Source: Planctomycetota bacterium
GTDB taxonomy: Bacteria; Planctomycetota; UBA1135; UBA2386
Length of the DNA stretch: 64,000 bases
Direction: 5' to 3'
NCBI GenBank assembly: GCA_965228735.1
Contig: OZ245838.1
Span: forward strand, 1,184,001 to 1,248,000
The position numbers and the translations under genes are program-made. The notes beneath the pieces are model-generated. The model saw nothing but the letters and a program-made list of their open reading frames with translations, searched no databases and was not told the origin of the DNA. Positions 9,636-18,546 of the stretch are shown here, in pieces; positions within the stretch are counted from its first letter, which is position 1, and each line of letters starts with the position of its first letter.

Positions 9636-11548
9636 GTCGTTTGAGTCTGAGAGCGTTGCTGCAGCGCGCGGACCAGGAGTCGGTCCGTGACTGCGTTGCG
9701 CATTGGGTCGAGAAGAACCCGCCTGCGCAGCGCCGGATCGCGATCCAGCGGGCCGCGGCGGCGATGGAGGACGAAGCCCTCGTCTTGCGCCGGATGGGCG
9801 CGCTGCCGCGCAAACTGCAGGACCTGCTCGAGGTGTTCTTCGGCGAGAACGGCGCCGTCCGGTGCGTGAAGGAGCTCTACGCCGAGCTCGGCGAGTCGTT
9901 CAAGAGCCGCTTCGATCTCGAGGCCACGCTCGCGGCGCTGCATCGCGAGGGCTTCCTCTGGCAGGCGACGGACAAGCGCTGGGCCGAGGAGGACAGCCCC
10001 GCGTGGGGTGTGCCCGGCGAGCTCGTCGAGTGCGTCCAGCAGTATCGGCGTCGCAGCGAGCGGCAGCTGCAGGACTCGATCACGCTGCAGGGCTATCTCG
10101 ACGCGCGCTACTTCCGCGATCGCGAACAGGCCGGCGACGGCGACCAGAACGGCGCGACCAACGCAAATGGCAGCGACGATGGCAGCCGGAAGAACGGTCG
10201 TGCTGCGAAGAACGGGTGCTCGGCCAAGGACAAGGCCGCGGATCACGCGCGCAAGATCTACAAGCTCTACACGATGGATAGCTCGATGCGGCAGCGACTC
10301 GAGAAGCTGCCGGATACGCTGCGGACGGTCGTCGACGAGGTGCTCGGTCGGCACGGGGGCATCTGCGCCTGGGACGAGCTCGCCGAGGAGATCGAACTCT
10401 CCGAAGGCGCCGACGCCGACTTCGTGAAGAAGGGGCTCGAGGAAGCCATGATCGGCACGGTCGGCACCCTCGACCTGACCCGGCTCGGGATCCAGGCCGT
10501 CGACCGCGGGGTCATCGTGTTCCACGAGGTCGCGCTCTTCGCGATCCGCGCGCGCGGCGAAGCCAGCATGCCCCAGGTCACCGAGGAGCTGGTCTGCGGC
10601 GGCGACTTCGCCACGAACGTCGCCCGCTTCCTCCGGGAGCTGCAGCAGAGCAAGGTGATGTTCACGGCCGATGGCAAGCTGTTCAAAGCCTCGCAGAAGC
10701 GCATCGCGAACACCCTGCTGCCCGTGCCCGGCGAGTTCCTGCCGCCGGAGTCGCTGCTCGAGCAGCTCTACCGCTTCTGCCTGCAGCGGCGATTGATCGA
10801 CCGCCGGGGCGAACGTTCGCTGCGCCCGACGCCGGCCGGGCAGGAGTTCGACCGCAGCGCGCTCAACGACCAGACGAAGATGCTGCTCGCGCACTTCGTC
10901 GAGGACCGCGCGCTGCCCGGCGAAGGCTATCACCAGGTCCGCATGCGGCGGGTTCTGTTGCGTCTGCTCCGCCGGGCCGAGCCGATGCTCTGGCAGGACG
11001 CCTCCGTGCTGCCGTTTCTCGCCCGCAACGCCTACCTCGCGCAGCTCGACGGCAAACAGACGGAGGAGTTCTTCGCGACGCGCTTCCAGGGTGGTGGCTA
11101 CGCCCCGAGCGAGACCCTCCAGCAGATGTGCTGGAACCTGCTCGTCTGGGTCAAGAAACGGCTGTTCCCGCTCGGCATCGTCGACCTCGGCCTGCACTCG
11201 GGTCGCCTCGTGGCGATGCGGCTGTCGCAGCTCGGCGCCGAACTGCTCGATGCGGAGCCGGCCGGCAAGGTCGGCGGCACGCGCAGCAGCCTGATCGTAC
11301 AGCCGGACTTCGACGTGCTGTTGTTCAGCGGCGACGACGTCCACGACGCGGTGCACGTGCTCGACCGCTTCGCGCGGCGCATCAAGAGCGACCACGTGCA
11401 TCAGTTCCGACTCGAGCAGCAGAGCGTCGAAGCCGGCCTCGCGGAGGGCCTCACGATCGCCGAGATCGTGCAGGAGCTGACCGACCGCGCCCGCGTGCCG
11501 ATCCCGCAGAACGTGCGCTACAGCCTGGAGGAGTGGGGTCAGCAGTGA
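9632..11548 (+). CDS. Helicase-associated protein with C-terminal XPB-N-terminal-like (Helicase_C_3) domain
   Basis: C-terminus LIVQPDFDVLL..LDRFA..VHQFRLEQQSV..GL..IPQNVRYSLEEW resembles the N-terminal domain of the upstream XPB; no helicase motifs; ATGA overlap with XPB stop. Confidence 0.8.
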   Translation: MSRLSLRALLQRADQESVRDCVAHWVEKNPPAQRRIAIQRAAAAMEDEALVLRRMGALPRKLQDLLEVFFGENGAVRCVKELYAELGESFKSRFDLEATLAALHREGFLWQATDKRWAEEDSPAWGVPGELVECVQQYRRRSERQLQDSITLQGYLDARYFRDREQAGDGDQNGATNANGSDDGSRKNGRAAKNGCSAKDKAADHARKIYKLYTMDSSMRQRLEKLPDTLRTVVDEVLGRHGGICAWDELAEEIELSEGADADFVKKGLEEAMIGTVGTLDLTRLGIQAVDRGVIVFHEVALFAIRARGEASMPQVTEELVCGGDFATNVARFLRELQQSKVMFTADGKLFKASQKRIANTLLPVPGEFLPPESLLEQLYRFCLQRRLIDRRGERSLRPTPAGQEFDRSALNDQTKMLLAHFVEDRALPGEGYHQVRMRRVLLRLLRRAEPMLWQDASVLPFLARNAYLAQLDGKQTEEFFATRFQGGGYAPSETLQQMCWNLLVWVKKRLFPLGIVDLGLHSGRLVAMRLSQLGAELLDAEPAGKVGGTRSSLIVQPDFDVLLFSGDDVHDAVHVLDRFARRIKSDHVHQFRLEQQSVEAGLAEGLTIAEIVQELTDRARVPIPQNVRYSLEEWGQQ

Positions 11549-11674
11549 CCGGATCCCGGAGCCGGGACCGCTGCATCGCATCTTCACACGGCCGATGACA
11601 GCGGCGCTTGCAAAGCAGCCGGCATGCCGTTCAGGTTCTGCGCCGATACTCGACCTCGCCTCCTCGCCTGATTG

Positions 11675-13120
11675 ATGGAACCCGAAACACTCATCCTCGG
11701 CGCCGGACCCGCCGGTCTCGCCTGCGCCATGGAGCTGTCGCGCAAGGGCAAGCCGAGCGTCGTCATCGAGAAGGACGCGCAGATCGGCGGCCTCGCGAAG
11801 ACGCTGCGGATCCCGGTGGGTGACCAGGAGTTCCTGACCGACATCGGGCCGCACCGGTTCTTCTCGAAGAACCAGTACCTCTACGACTTCATCGAGGACC
11901 TGCTCGACGAGGAATGGCGGCTCGTGCCGCGGCAGACGCGGCAGTTCATCGACGGAAAGTTCTACGACTACCCGGTGAAGGCGATGCAGACGTTCAAGAA
12001 CCTGGGGCCGCTGCGCAGCGCCAGGATCCTGTTCGACTACTTCGCGGCCCGCATCACCTACGGCGTCTTGGGCAAGAAGCTCGAGACGTTCGAGGACTAC
12101 GTCGTGTCGAACTTCGGCCGCTCGCTGGCCGAGTTCAGCATGATCAACTACTCGGAGAAGATCTGGGGCATCCCGGCCGCCGAGATCCACCCGGACTGGG
12201 CGCGGCAGCGCATCAGCGGCCTCAACCTCTGGAGCGTGTTCAAGAAGGCGATCGGCCTCGGCGGCGGCAAAGGGCCGAAGTCGCTCGTCGATCAGTTCTA
12301 CTACCCGCAGTTCGGCACGGGCCGCATCTACGAGGAGATCGGCAAGCACCTCGTCCAGGAAGGCGGCGAGATCCACACGGCCAGCGAGCCGGTCAAGGTG
12401 CGCCACGAAGGCGGGCGGATCACCGAGGTCGACGTCAGGGCGCCCGACGGCAGCGTGCACACGTATCGCCCGGACAACCTCGTCGAGTCCGTGCCGTTGA
12501 CGCGCTTCCTGCACCTGCTCGATCCGCTGCCGCCGACCGAGGTGCTCGAGGCCGCCGCCGGCCTGCGCTGGCGCGCGCAGGTCTACCTGTTCCTCACGCT
12601 GAACAAGGAATCGATCACGCCGGACAACTGGATCTACTTCCCCAACAAGGACATCCCGTTCGGCCGCACGAGCGAGATGAAGAACTTCAGCAAGGACATG
12701 TGCCCCGCGGGCAAGACGTCCTTCTTCGTCGAGTTCTTCGCGTTCGAGGAAGAGGCGATCTACTCGATGACCAAGGAAGAGGTCTTCGAGCTGTCGATGC
12801 CGTACTTCGAGAAGTGGGGCTTCTTCTCCCGCGACGAGGTGGAGAGCATCCACCTGATCAAGCGGCCGAACGTCTACCCGGTCTACGACCTCGAGTACGA
12901 TACGCGCCTCGCAAAGGTGCGCGACTGGCTCGACGCGATCGAGAACCTGATCTACATCGGCCGCCCCGGTCGCTTCCGCTACACCAACCAGGACCACAGC
13001 CTCGAGATGGGCATCCTCGCGAGCCGCATGATCCTCGAAGGGCGCAAGTACGACCTCGACACGATCGGGGCCGAGAACGAGTACTTCGAGAAGGGGCCGA
13101 TCTACGAGAAGCGCATCTGA
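11675..13120 (+). CDS. FAD-dependent oxidoreductase (protoporphyrinogen oxidase/UDP-galactopyranose mutase-like superfamily)
   Basis: ILGAGPAGL Rossmann motif, IEK..IGGL, DIGPHRFFSK, YSEKIWG, GRPGRFRYTNQDHS. Confidence 0.85.
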   Translation: MEPETLILGAGPAGLACAMELSRKGKPSVVIEKDAQIGGLAKTLRIPVGDQEFLTDIGPHRFFSKNQYLYDFIEDLLDEEWRLVPRQTRQFIDGKFYDYPVKAMQTFKNLGPLRSARILFDYFAARITYGVLGKKLETFEDYVVSNFGRSLAEFSMINYSEKIWGIPAAEIHPDWARQRISGLNLWSVFKKAIGLGGGKGPKSLVDQFYYPQFGTGRIYEEIGKHLVQEGGEIHTASEPVKVRHEGGRITEVDVRAPDGSVHTYRPDNLVESVPLTRFLHLLDPLPPTEVLEAAAGLRWRAQVYLFLTLNKESITPDNWIYFPNKDIPFGRTSEMKNFSKDMCPAGKTSFFVEFFAFEEEAIYSMTKEEVFELSMPYFEKWGFFSRDEVESIHLIKRPNVYPVYDLEYDTRLAKVRDWLDAIENLIYIGRPGRFRYTNQDHSLEMGILASRMILEGRKYDLDTIGAENEYFEKGPIYEKRI

Positions 13121-13809
13121 TGCCGGCGCCGCGCGACAGCTCCGGTCGCCTCGATCCGGCACTCCTCGAGGTCGTCATGATCAGCGACGGCCGCGGCGAC
13201 CTGCCGCGCCTCGAACGCACCGCGGCGGCAGTGATCGAGGCCGGCGTTCGCTGCGTGCAGATCCGCGAGTCGCGCTGGACCGCGCGCATGCTCGTCCAGG
13301 CCTGCGAGAGGCTGCGCCCGTTGCTCGACGCCGTGGCTGGCGTGCTGCTCGTCAACGACCGGGTCGACGTGGCCGCGGCCGGCGTCGCACACGGCGTGCA
13401 CCTCGGCCATCGTTCGTTGCCGATCGACATGGCGCGCCAGGTCCTCGGCCCCGATGCGGTCATCGGTTACTCGGCGCACGACACCGCGGAGCTCGAGCTG
13501 GCGGCCGTCGCACGCGCCGACTTCGCAACGCTGTCGCCGGTGTGGCCCACGAGCAGCAAGCCCAACGCACCGACGGTCGGGGAGAGCCGCGCCATCGCGC
13601 TCACCGGCAACGCGCGGCTGCCCGTCGTCTGGCTCGGCGGCATCACGACGCGCGAAGCCGCGTCGATCGCGCGCTACACCGATGGCCCGCAGCCGGCCGG
13701 GGTGGCGGTGCGTTCCTTGTTCGGCGACGCCGAGGACCCGGGGTTCACCGCCACCCGGCTGCTCTCGGCGCTGCGCGGTGACGGCGCCGTGGACGGCGCG
13801 ACGGACTGA
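13120..13809 (+). CDS. thiE: Thiamine-phosphate synthase
   Basis: VQIRE, LLVNDRVDVA, GVHLG, IGYSAH, LSPVWPTSSKP, LGGIT; start overlaps upstream stop (TGATG). Confidence 0.85.
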   Translation: MPAPRDSSGRLDPALLEVVMISDGRGDLPRLERTAAAVIEAGVRCVQIRESRWTARMLVQACERLRPLLDAVAGVLLVNDRVDVAAAGVAHGVHLGHRSLPIDMARQVLGPDAVIGYSAHDTAELELAAVARADFATLSPVWPTSSKPNAPTVGESRAIALTGNARLPVVWLGGITTREAASIARYTDGPQPAGVAVRSLFGDAEDPGFTATRLLSALRGDGAVDGATD

Positions 13810-13844
13810 CGGTCGGCAGCGACAGCCGGTCGCCAGCCGTTGCC

Positions 13845-14426
13845 CTACTCGTCCTCGGGACCGGCCGCGACGATCGGGAACCCGGCGCCGTCGGCTTCGA
13901 GGTAGGCCGCCAGGGTCTCGCTGTCGGGCGCCTTCAGCGTGCGACCACCCGGTCCCGAGTCAATGTGCACTGCATGCTGGCGCGGCGGGCCGTCCGCGAG
14001 GAACGCGGCGTGCTCCGGACTGTCCGCGCGGAAGACCCACACCCGGTCGTCGACGACTTCCACTCGGAACCCGACGCGCGAGCAGAGGTAGGCGTCGATC
14101 GTCGCTCCGGAATCGGCGCAGATCGTCATGCCGTCCGGACCACCGTCGTTGATGCGGACAGCGCGCGCGAGCGACGGGCCGTTGGCGACGAACTCCTCGC
14201 ACGCCGGGCTGTTCGCCTCGAAGACCCAGAGCCGGTCGCCGCGCACGAACGCCGAGTAGCCCGGTCGCGCGAAGCTCGGCTGTTCGACGGTGACCTCGGG
14301 CGCGGCGTCGGCGAAGAGGGCCCCGGCCGGGCGTTCCGCGGGACCGCCCGCGCAGCCGGCCAGAGTAGCCAGAGCAGCCAGACCCGAGAGGGCGAGTGAG
14401 AGAGACAGCGTGCGGAACTGCATCAT
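13845..14426 (-). CDS. Lipoprotein with two ~60-aa internal repeats, function unknown
   Basis: Lipobox LAGC; repeats G..V..DR(L/V)WVF...S...F..G...GP.G.T.....T..AYL; alternative GTG start at 14444 overlaps pstS stop. Confidence 0.75.
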   Translation of the reverse strand: MMQFRTLSLSLALSGLAALATLAGCAGGPAERPAGALFADAAPEVTVEQPSFARPGYSAFVRGDRLWVFEANSPACEEFVANGPSLARAVRINDGGPDGMTICADSGATIDAYLCSRVGFRVEVVDDRVWVFRADSPEHAAFLADGPPRQHAVHIDSGPGGRTLKAPDSETLAAYLEADGAGFPIVAAGPEDE

Positions 14427-14440
14427 GGAATCTCCGTCGG

Positions 14441-15565
14441 TCACTTGAACTTGGCGCGCTGGGACGCAGCCGCCCGGAACGTGAGTGGCAGGTAGCCCGC
14501 CTCGACGACGTCGAGCTGGCCCTGGCGACTGAGCACGTAGCTCAGGAACTCGCGGCGCAGCGGATCGAGCTCACCGTCGCGGTCGTAGTTGACGTAGAGC
14601 AGCAGGAAGCGGCTCAGCGGGTAGTCGCCCGAGTAGGCGTTCTCGGCCTCGGGCGCGAAGATCTCGCCGCGCTCGCGGTCGGCCTCGGCACGCGCGAGCG
14701 GCACGGCGCGCACGGCGTCCGAGAGCAGCCCGATGCCGCTGTAACCGATCGCGTAGCGGTCAGCGGCGACGGCGCGCAGCACGGCGTTGCTCGTCGGCTG
14801 CTGCTTCACGATCGACCGGAACCGGCCGCCGCCCAGCGCATGCTCGCGGAAGTGCGCGTAGGTGCCCGAGCTCGCGTTCCGGCCGTGCAGCCGAATCGTC
14901 TGGTCTGCCCACGTCCCCGTTAGCCCGAGCTGCCCCCACGTGCGCGTACCGGGCTCCCGGTCACCCGACGTGTCACGGATGACGACACGCCCGTCCGCGC
15001 GCCGCGCCGGCTCGGGCGCCGCGCTGCCGCTCGGCGCCGGCCCGCCGAAGATCGCGGCGAGTTGCGCCAGCGTCAGGTCGCGAATCGGATTGTCCTTGTG
15101 AACGTAGATCGCGATCATGTCGACGCCGGTCGCGATGGGCGTCGGGCCGTACCCGAACTTCTTGCGGAACGCCCCGACCTCCGCCTTCGTCATCGAGCGG
15201 CTCATCGGCGCGAAGTTCGCCGTTCCCTGGGTGAGTGCCGGCGGAGCCGTGCTCGAGCCCTTGCCCTCGACGGCCACCTTGATCTCGGGGTAGAGCTTCA
15301 CGAATTCCTCGCCCCAGAGCGTCATCAATCCGTTCATCGTGTCCGAACCGACCGCTCGAATCGTGCCGGCCACGGCGGCGGCTCGCGTGTAGGGCGGCAG
15401 CGCCCGATCGACGCGGGCCGAGGCTTCCTGCGGAACGCCGCGTTGGCTGGCGGGCTGCTGACCTGGCACCGGCGACACGAGCAACGACAGGGCGCCGATC
15501 ATCACGAATCGATCGACGCGCGACCGGCCGCCGCAGGGCAGAACACGCAGAAGGCTGGCGAACAT
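14441..15565 (-). CDS. pstS: Phosphate ABC transporter substrate-binding protein
   Basis: VGSDTM, EGKGSSTAPPAL, APMSR, GRNASSGTY, IGYSGIG, YPLSRFL motifs; start uncertain (15565 or 15502). Confidence 0.9.
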   Translation of the reverse strand: MFASLLRVLPCGGRSRVDRFVMIGALSLLVSPVPGQQPASQRGVPQEASARVDRALPPYTRAAAVAGTIRAVGSDTMNGLMTLWGEEFVKLYPEIKVAVEGKGSSTAPPALTQGTANFAPMSRSMTKAEVGAFRKKFGYGPTPIATGVDMIAIYVHKDNPIRDLTLAQLAAIFGGPAPSGSAAPEPARRADGRVVIRDTSGDREPGTRTWGQLGLTGTWADQTIRLHGRNASSGTYAHFREHALGGGRFRSIVKQQPTSNAVLRAVAADRYAIGYSGIGLLSDAVRAVPLARAEADRERGEIFAPEAENAYSGDYPLSRFLLLYVNYDRDGELDPLRREFLSYVLSRQGQLDVVEAGYLPLTFRAAASQRAKFK

Positions 15566-15618
15566 GGTTCGGGTTGGCGCCGACCGGCGGGAGCCGTCGG
15601 CCCGGAGCACCGATCCGA

Positions 15619-15660
15619 ACGCTAGGTAGCCGTGTTAAGGAGTCGTCAAGACTGTTTGAG
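15619..15660 (-). promoter_or_regulatory. Possible Pho-box-like direct repeats and promoter upstream of pstS
   Basis: Minus strand CTTGACG and CTTAACA 11 bp apart, then TAGCGT (-10-like), in a locally AT-richer intergenic region. Confidence 0.35.
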
Positions 15661-15767
15661 GGGACGCGGTATTCGCGATCCTCGAGGCCGCGGCGGGTGC
15701 GGAATCGGCTGGTAATCCGCCAAATCCACACGGATGGCATCAGTATCCGGGGCATGCTACGGGCGTC

Positions 15768-16199
15768 ATGACCGCTGCCGATCTACCGGCCCACGAACGC
15801 GCGATGAGCCGCGTGCGCCTCGCCAAGCGCATCCGCCGCTGGACGTTCCTGCTCGGAATCATCGCGATCGCGTGGTCCTGGCTGTGGTTCGGCGGCCGCT
15901 GGGTCCCCGAGGGCATGGACACCGTTCCGGAGATGCCCCCGGGAACGTTCTGCTTCATCGCGAAGCGGAGCGGCGGCGTGGCGGTCGACAGCCACGTCTT
16001 CATCAAGATCGGCGGCGGGGACGTCGTGCTCTCCCGCGTGGTCGCCGTGGATCACGGTGCCGGCACGGTCTCGATCCGGCACCCGAACCCGGACTCCAGG
16101 GTCCCGGACAGCCGCGCCCTCGGGGCCCTGCCGCTGGCCGACGTCGAGGGGTTGGTCATCGGCTCGTTCAAGCCGAACACCGGCGATGGCGGGCGCTGA
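15768..16199 (+). CDS. Membrane-anchored S26/S24 peptidase-fold-like protein, probably degenerate
   Basis: N-terminal TM helix; P..PPG, SRVVAV and DSRALG.(L)P...V.G segments resemble signal peptidase boxes. Confidence 0.55.
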   Translation: MTAADLPAHERAMSRVRLAKRIRRWTFLLGIIAIAWSWLWFGGRWVPEGMDTVPEMPPGTFCFIAKRSGGVAVDSHVFIKIGGGDVVLSRVVAVDHGAGTVSIRHPNPDSRVPDSRALGALPLADVEGLVIGSFKPNTGDGGR

Positions 16200-17121
16200 A
16201 CGCGCGTTCACGGCGCAGCTCGCGCGCTTCTTCCGCGCCGCGCCGCGGCTGCCCGTCGACCTCGGCGACGACGCGGCCGTGGTGCCCAACCGCGGCTCGC
16301 GTTCGGTCCTGTGCTGCGATCCCGTGATCGGGGACGTGCACTTCACGGCCGCTGACCCGAGCCGGCTCGTCGGCAAGAAGGCCGTGAACCGCAACCTCTC
16401 TGACCTCGCCGCGATGGGGGCGCTGCCCGACTGGCTCCTCGTCAGTCTCGTCCTCGCCCGGAGCACCTCACGAACGTGGACCGACGGCCTGCTGCGCGGC
16501 ATCCGCGACGCCGCGCGTGCGGCCGGCGCGCGAGTCGTCGGCGGCGACGTCGCCGTGCACGACGGCCCGATCGTCGTCACCGTGAGCGCGATCGGGCACC
16601 TCGCCGGCAAGCGCGCCCTCGTGCGCAGCACCGCCCGGGCGGGGGACACGATCCACGTCTCCGGTCCGCTCGGCGGCTCGCGCGCCGGCCACCACCTGCG
16701 CTTTCGCCCGCCGCTCGCGGTCGGCGCCTGGCTTGCCCGCCAGAACGGTGTCGGCGCCGCGATCGACGTCAGCGATGGCCTGCTGCTCGACCTCGCGACG
16801 GTCCTGTCCGCGAGTTCGGCTCGCGGCGCCTCCCTCGGCGCCGAACTCGATGCCGCGCACCTGCCGATTCGCGCCGCCGCCCGCCGCGCCGCCGACGGCA
16901 ACTTCGAGGCCGCCTGCGAGGCGGCGCTGACGGACGGCGAGGACCACGAACTGCTCTGGACCCAGCGGCGATCGCTTGCGGCCGGCGGCCCGTTGTCGCG
17001 GCGCGCCCGCGGCCCGATCGGCCGGGTGACGAAGGCGCCCGGGATCTGGCTCGTCGGTCGCGACGGCGAACGCCGGCGCCTCGCGGCGCGGGGGTTCGAG
17101 CACGCGATCCGGCGCCGCTGA
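16186..17121 (+). CDS. thiL: Thiamine-monophosphate kinase
   Basis: LGDDAAV, VHF, NLSDLAAMGA.P, VVGGD, AIDVSDGL, GEDHELL, GFEH. Confidence 0.92.
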   Translation: MAGAERAFTAQLARFFRAAPRLPVDLGDDAAVVPNRGSRSVLCCDPVIGDVHFTAADPSRLVGKKAVNRNLSDLAAMGALPDWLLVSLVLARSTSRTWTDGLLRGIRDAARAAGARVVGGDVAVHDGPIVVTVSAIGHLAGKRALVRSTARAGDTIHVSGPLGGSRAGHHLRFRPPLAVGAWLARQNGVGAAIDVSDGLLLDLATVLSASSARGASLGAELDAAHLPIRAAARRAADGNFEAACEAALTDGEDHELLWTQRRSLAAGGPLSRRARGPIGRVTKAPGIWLVGRDGERRRLAARGFEHAIRRR

Positions 17122-17184
17122 CCGGAATTCGGCGCCCCGCCCTTTCCTCGGATCCGGCTGCTGGTTTGAGTGTGGATCGCCACG

Positions 17185-17691
17185 ATGTCCGCCCCGATCA
17201 CCACCTTCGAACTGCCGAACGAGCCGGCCGCGACCGAACGGCTCGGCGAGTGGTTGGGCGCGCACCTGCAGCCCGGCGACACGCTGGCCCTCGTCGGTGA
17301 GCTCGGGAGCGGCAAGACGACCCTGGTGCGGGGGCTGGCCCGCGGACTGGACCTCGACGACCCGGACGCGGTTGCCAGTCCGACCTATTTGCTCGTACTC
17401 GAGCATCCGGGACCGAAACCGTTGCGGCACGCCGACGCCTACCTGCCCGACAAGCTCACGGGCTTCCTCGAGGACGGCGGCCTGGACTACCTGCTCGACG
17501 GTGACTCGGTGGTCGCGGTCGAATGGGCCGACCGCGTGCGTGACATGTTGCCGGAGCGCACGTTGTGGCTGACCCTGAGCGTCGCCCCGAACGGCGGCCG
17601 GCTCGTGGAGCTGCGAACCGCTCGGCCCGAGGATTTCTCGTTCGCCGCAAATCCGCCGGACGACCGCCCGCAGGGTGCTGGGAACGCGTAA
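17185..17691 (+). CDS. tsaE: tRNA threonylcarbamoyladenosine biosynthesis ATPase
   Basis: L.GELGSGKTTLVRG, VASPTYLL, H.DAY, VEWAD. Confidence 0.92.
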   Translation: MSAPITTFELPNEPAATERLGEWLGAHLQPGDTLALVGELGSGKTTLVRGLARGLDLDDPDAVASPTYLLVLEHPGPKPLRHADAYLPDKLTGFLEDGGLDYLLDGDSVVAVEWADRVRDMLPERTLWLTLSVAPNGGRLVELRTARPEDFSFAANPPDDRPQGAGNA

Positions 17692-17817
17692 GATACGTCG
17701 CAACGACAGGTCCCCGGCAGGTCCGATCCGGGCCCGGAATTCCCGCTCCCGACTGAACCACCGCGGGCCGATCGTCGTTCCCGCAGAGGTCCCGCAGACC
17801 CCTCGAATCCGAACGCC

Positions 17818-18519
17818 GTGAAGCACCCGGCCCGCACACCACCTGCAGACTCGCCGACGGTCGATGTCGACCTGTTGGCGGCGTATCGCGCGGGCGACTC
17901 GCAGGCATTCCGCCGGCTCGTCGACCAGTTCCGCGACCGCATCGTGCAGTTCTTCTACCGCCTGTGCTGGGACCGCGACAAAGCGGAGGACCTGGCGCAG
18001 GAGCTGTTCCTCAAGCTGCTGATCGGCAGCAAGCGGTATCGCCCCGAGGGCAAGATGGTGACGTTCGTCTACCGCGTCGCCACCAACCTCTGGATCGATC
18101 ACTACCGGCAGATGCGCCCGCGGCCGCGCTTCCACTCGCTCGACCAGGTGACGTACCCGGACGGCGAGACGCGCAAGGTCGAATACGCGAACGACGACAA
18201 GGCGCCGGCCGAGCAACTGCAGGACGGGGAAGAACGGGCGGCGCTGCGCACGGCCCTCGAGTCGTTGACCGAGCCGCACCGACTGGTGTTCGAACTCGCG
18301 GTGTATCAAGAACGGCCGTACGCGGAGATCAGCGAATTGCTGAGCATCCCCGTCGGCACGGTCAAATCGCGGATGCACAACGCCGTCGCGGCGCTCAAGC
18401 AGATGCTCGGCGCCAGCGACAGTTCGGCGGGTGCGGACGGCCACGATACTGGCGCTCGGGAAGCTGGCCCATGGCAAGCTGGCGGTGGGGCGAGCGACCG
18501 CAAGGCGGGCGGCGCCTGA
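17818..18519 (+). CDS. ECF RNA polymerase sigma-70 factor
   Basis: AEDLAQELFLK and YRVATNLWIDHYR (region 2); YAEISELLSIPVGTVKSRMHNA (region 4). Confidence 0.92.
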   Translation: MKHPARTPPADSPTVDVDLLAAYRAGDSQAFRRLVDQFRDRIVQFFYRLCWDRDKAEDLAQELFLKLLIGSKRYRPEGKMVTFVYRVATNLWIDHYRQMRPRPRFHSLDQVTYPDGETRKVEYANDDKAPAEQLQDGEERAALRTALESLTEPHRLVFELAVYQERPYAEISELLSIPVGTVKSRMHNAVAALKQMLGASDSSAGADGHDTGAREAGPWQAGGGASDRKAGGA

Positions 18520-18546
18520 CGGCGTCACGATCCTGAAGCCACGATC

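Noticed and set aside
11549..11674. TPP riboswitch ahead of the thiE-containing unit (or before thiL)
   Set aside because: Could not find the conserved CTGAGA / CCTGA..GATAA-type TPP core
11914..13119. Long N-terminal extensions in the ORF track for thiE (also DUF366, pfkB, cca, suhB, the 53490 protein and HEAT paralogs 1-2)
   Set aside because: Overlap upstream genes or intergenic DNA and are low-complexity; starts were trimmed to the first plausible domain or signal peptide
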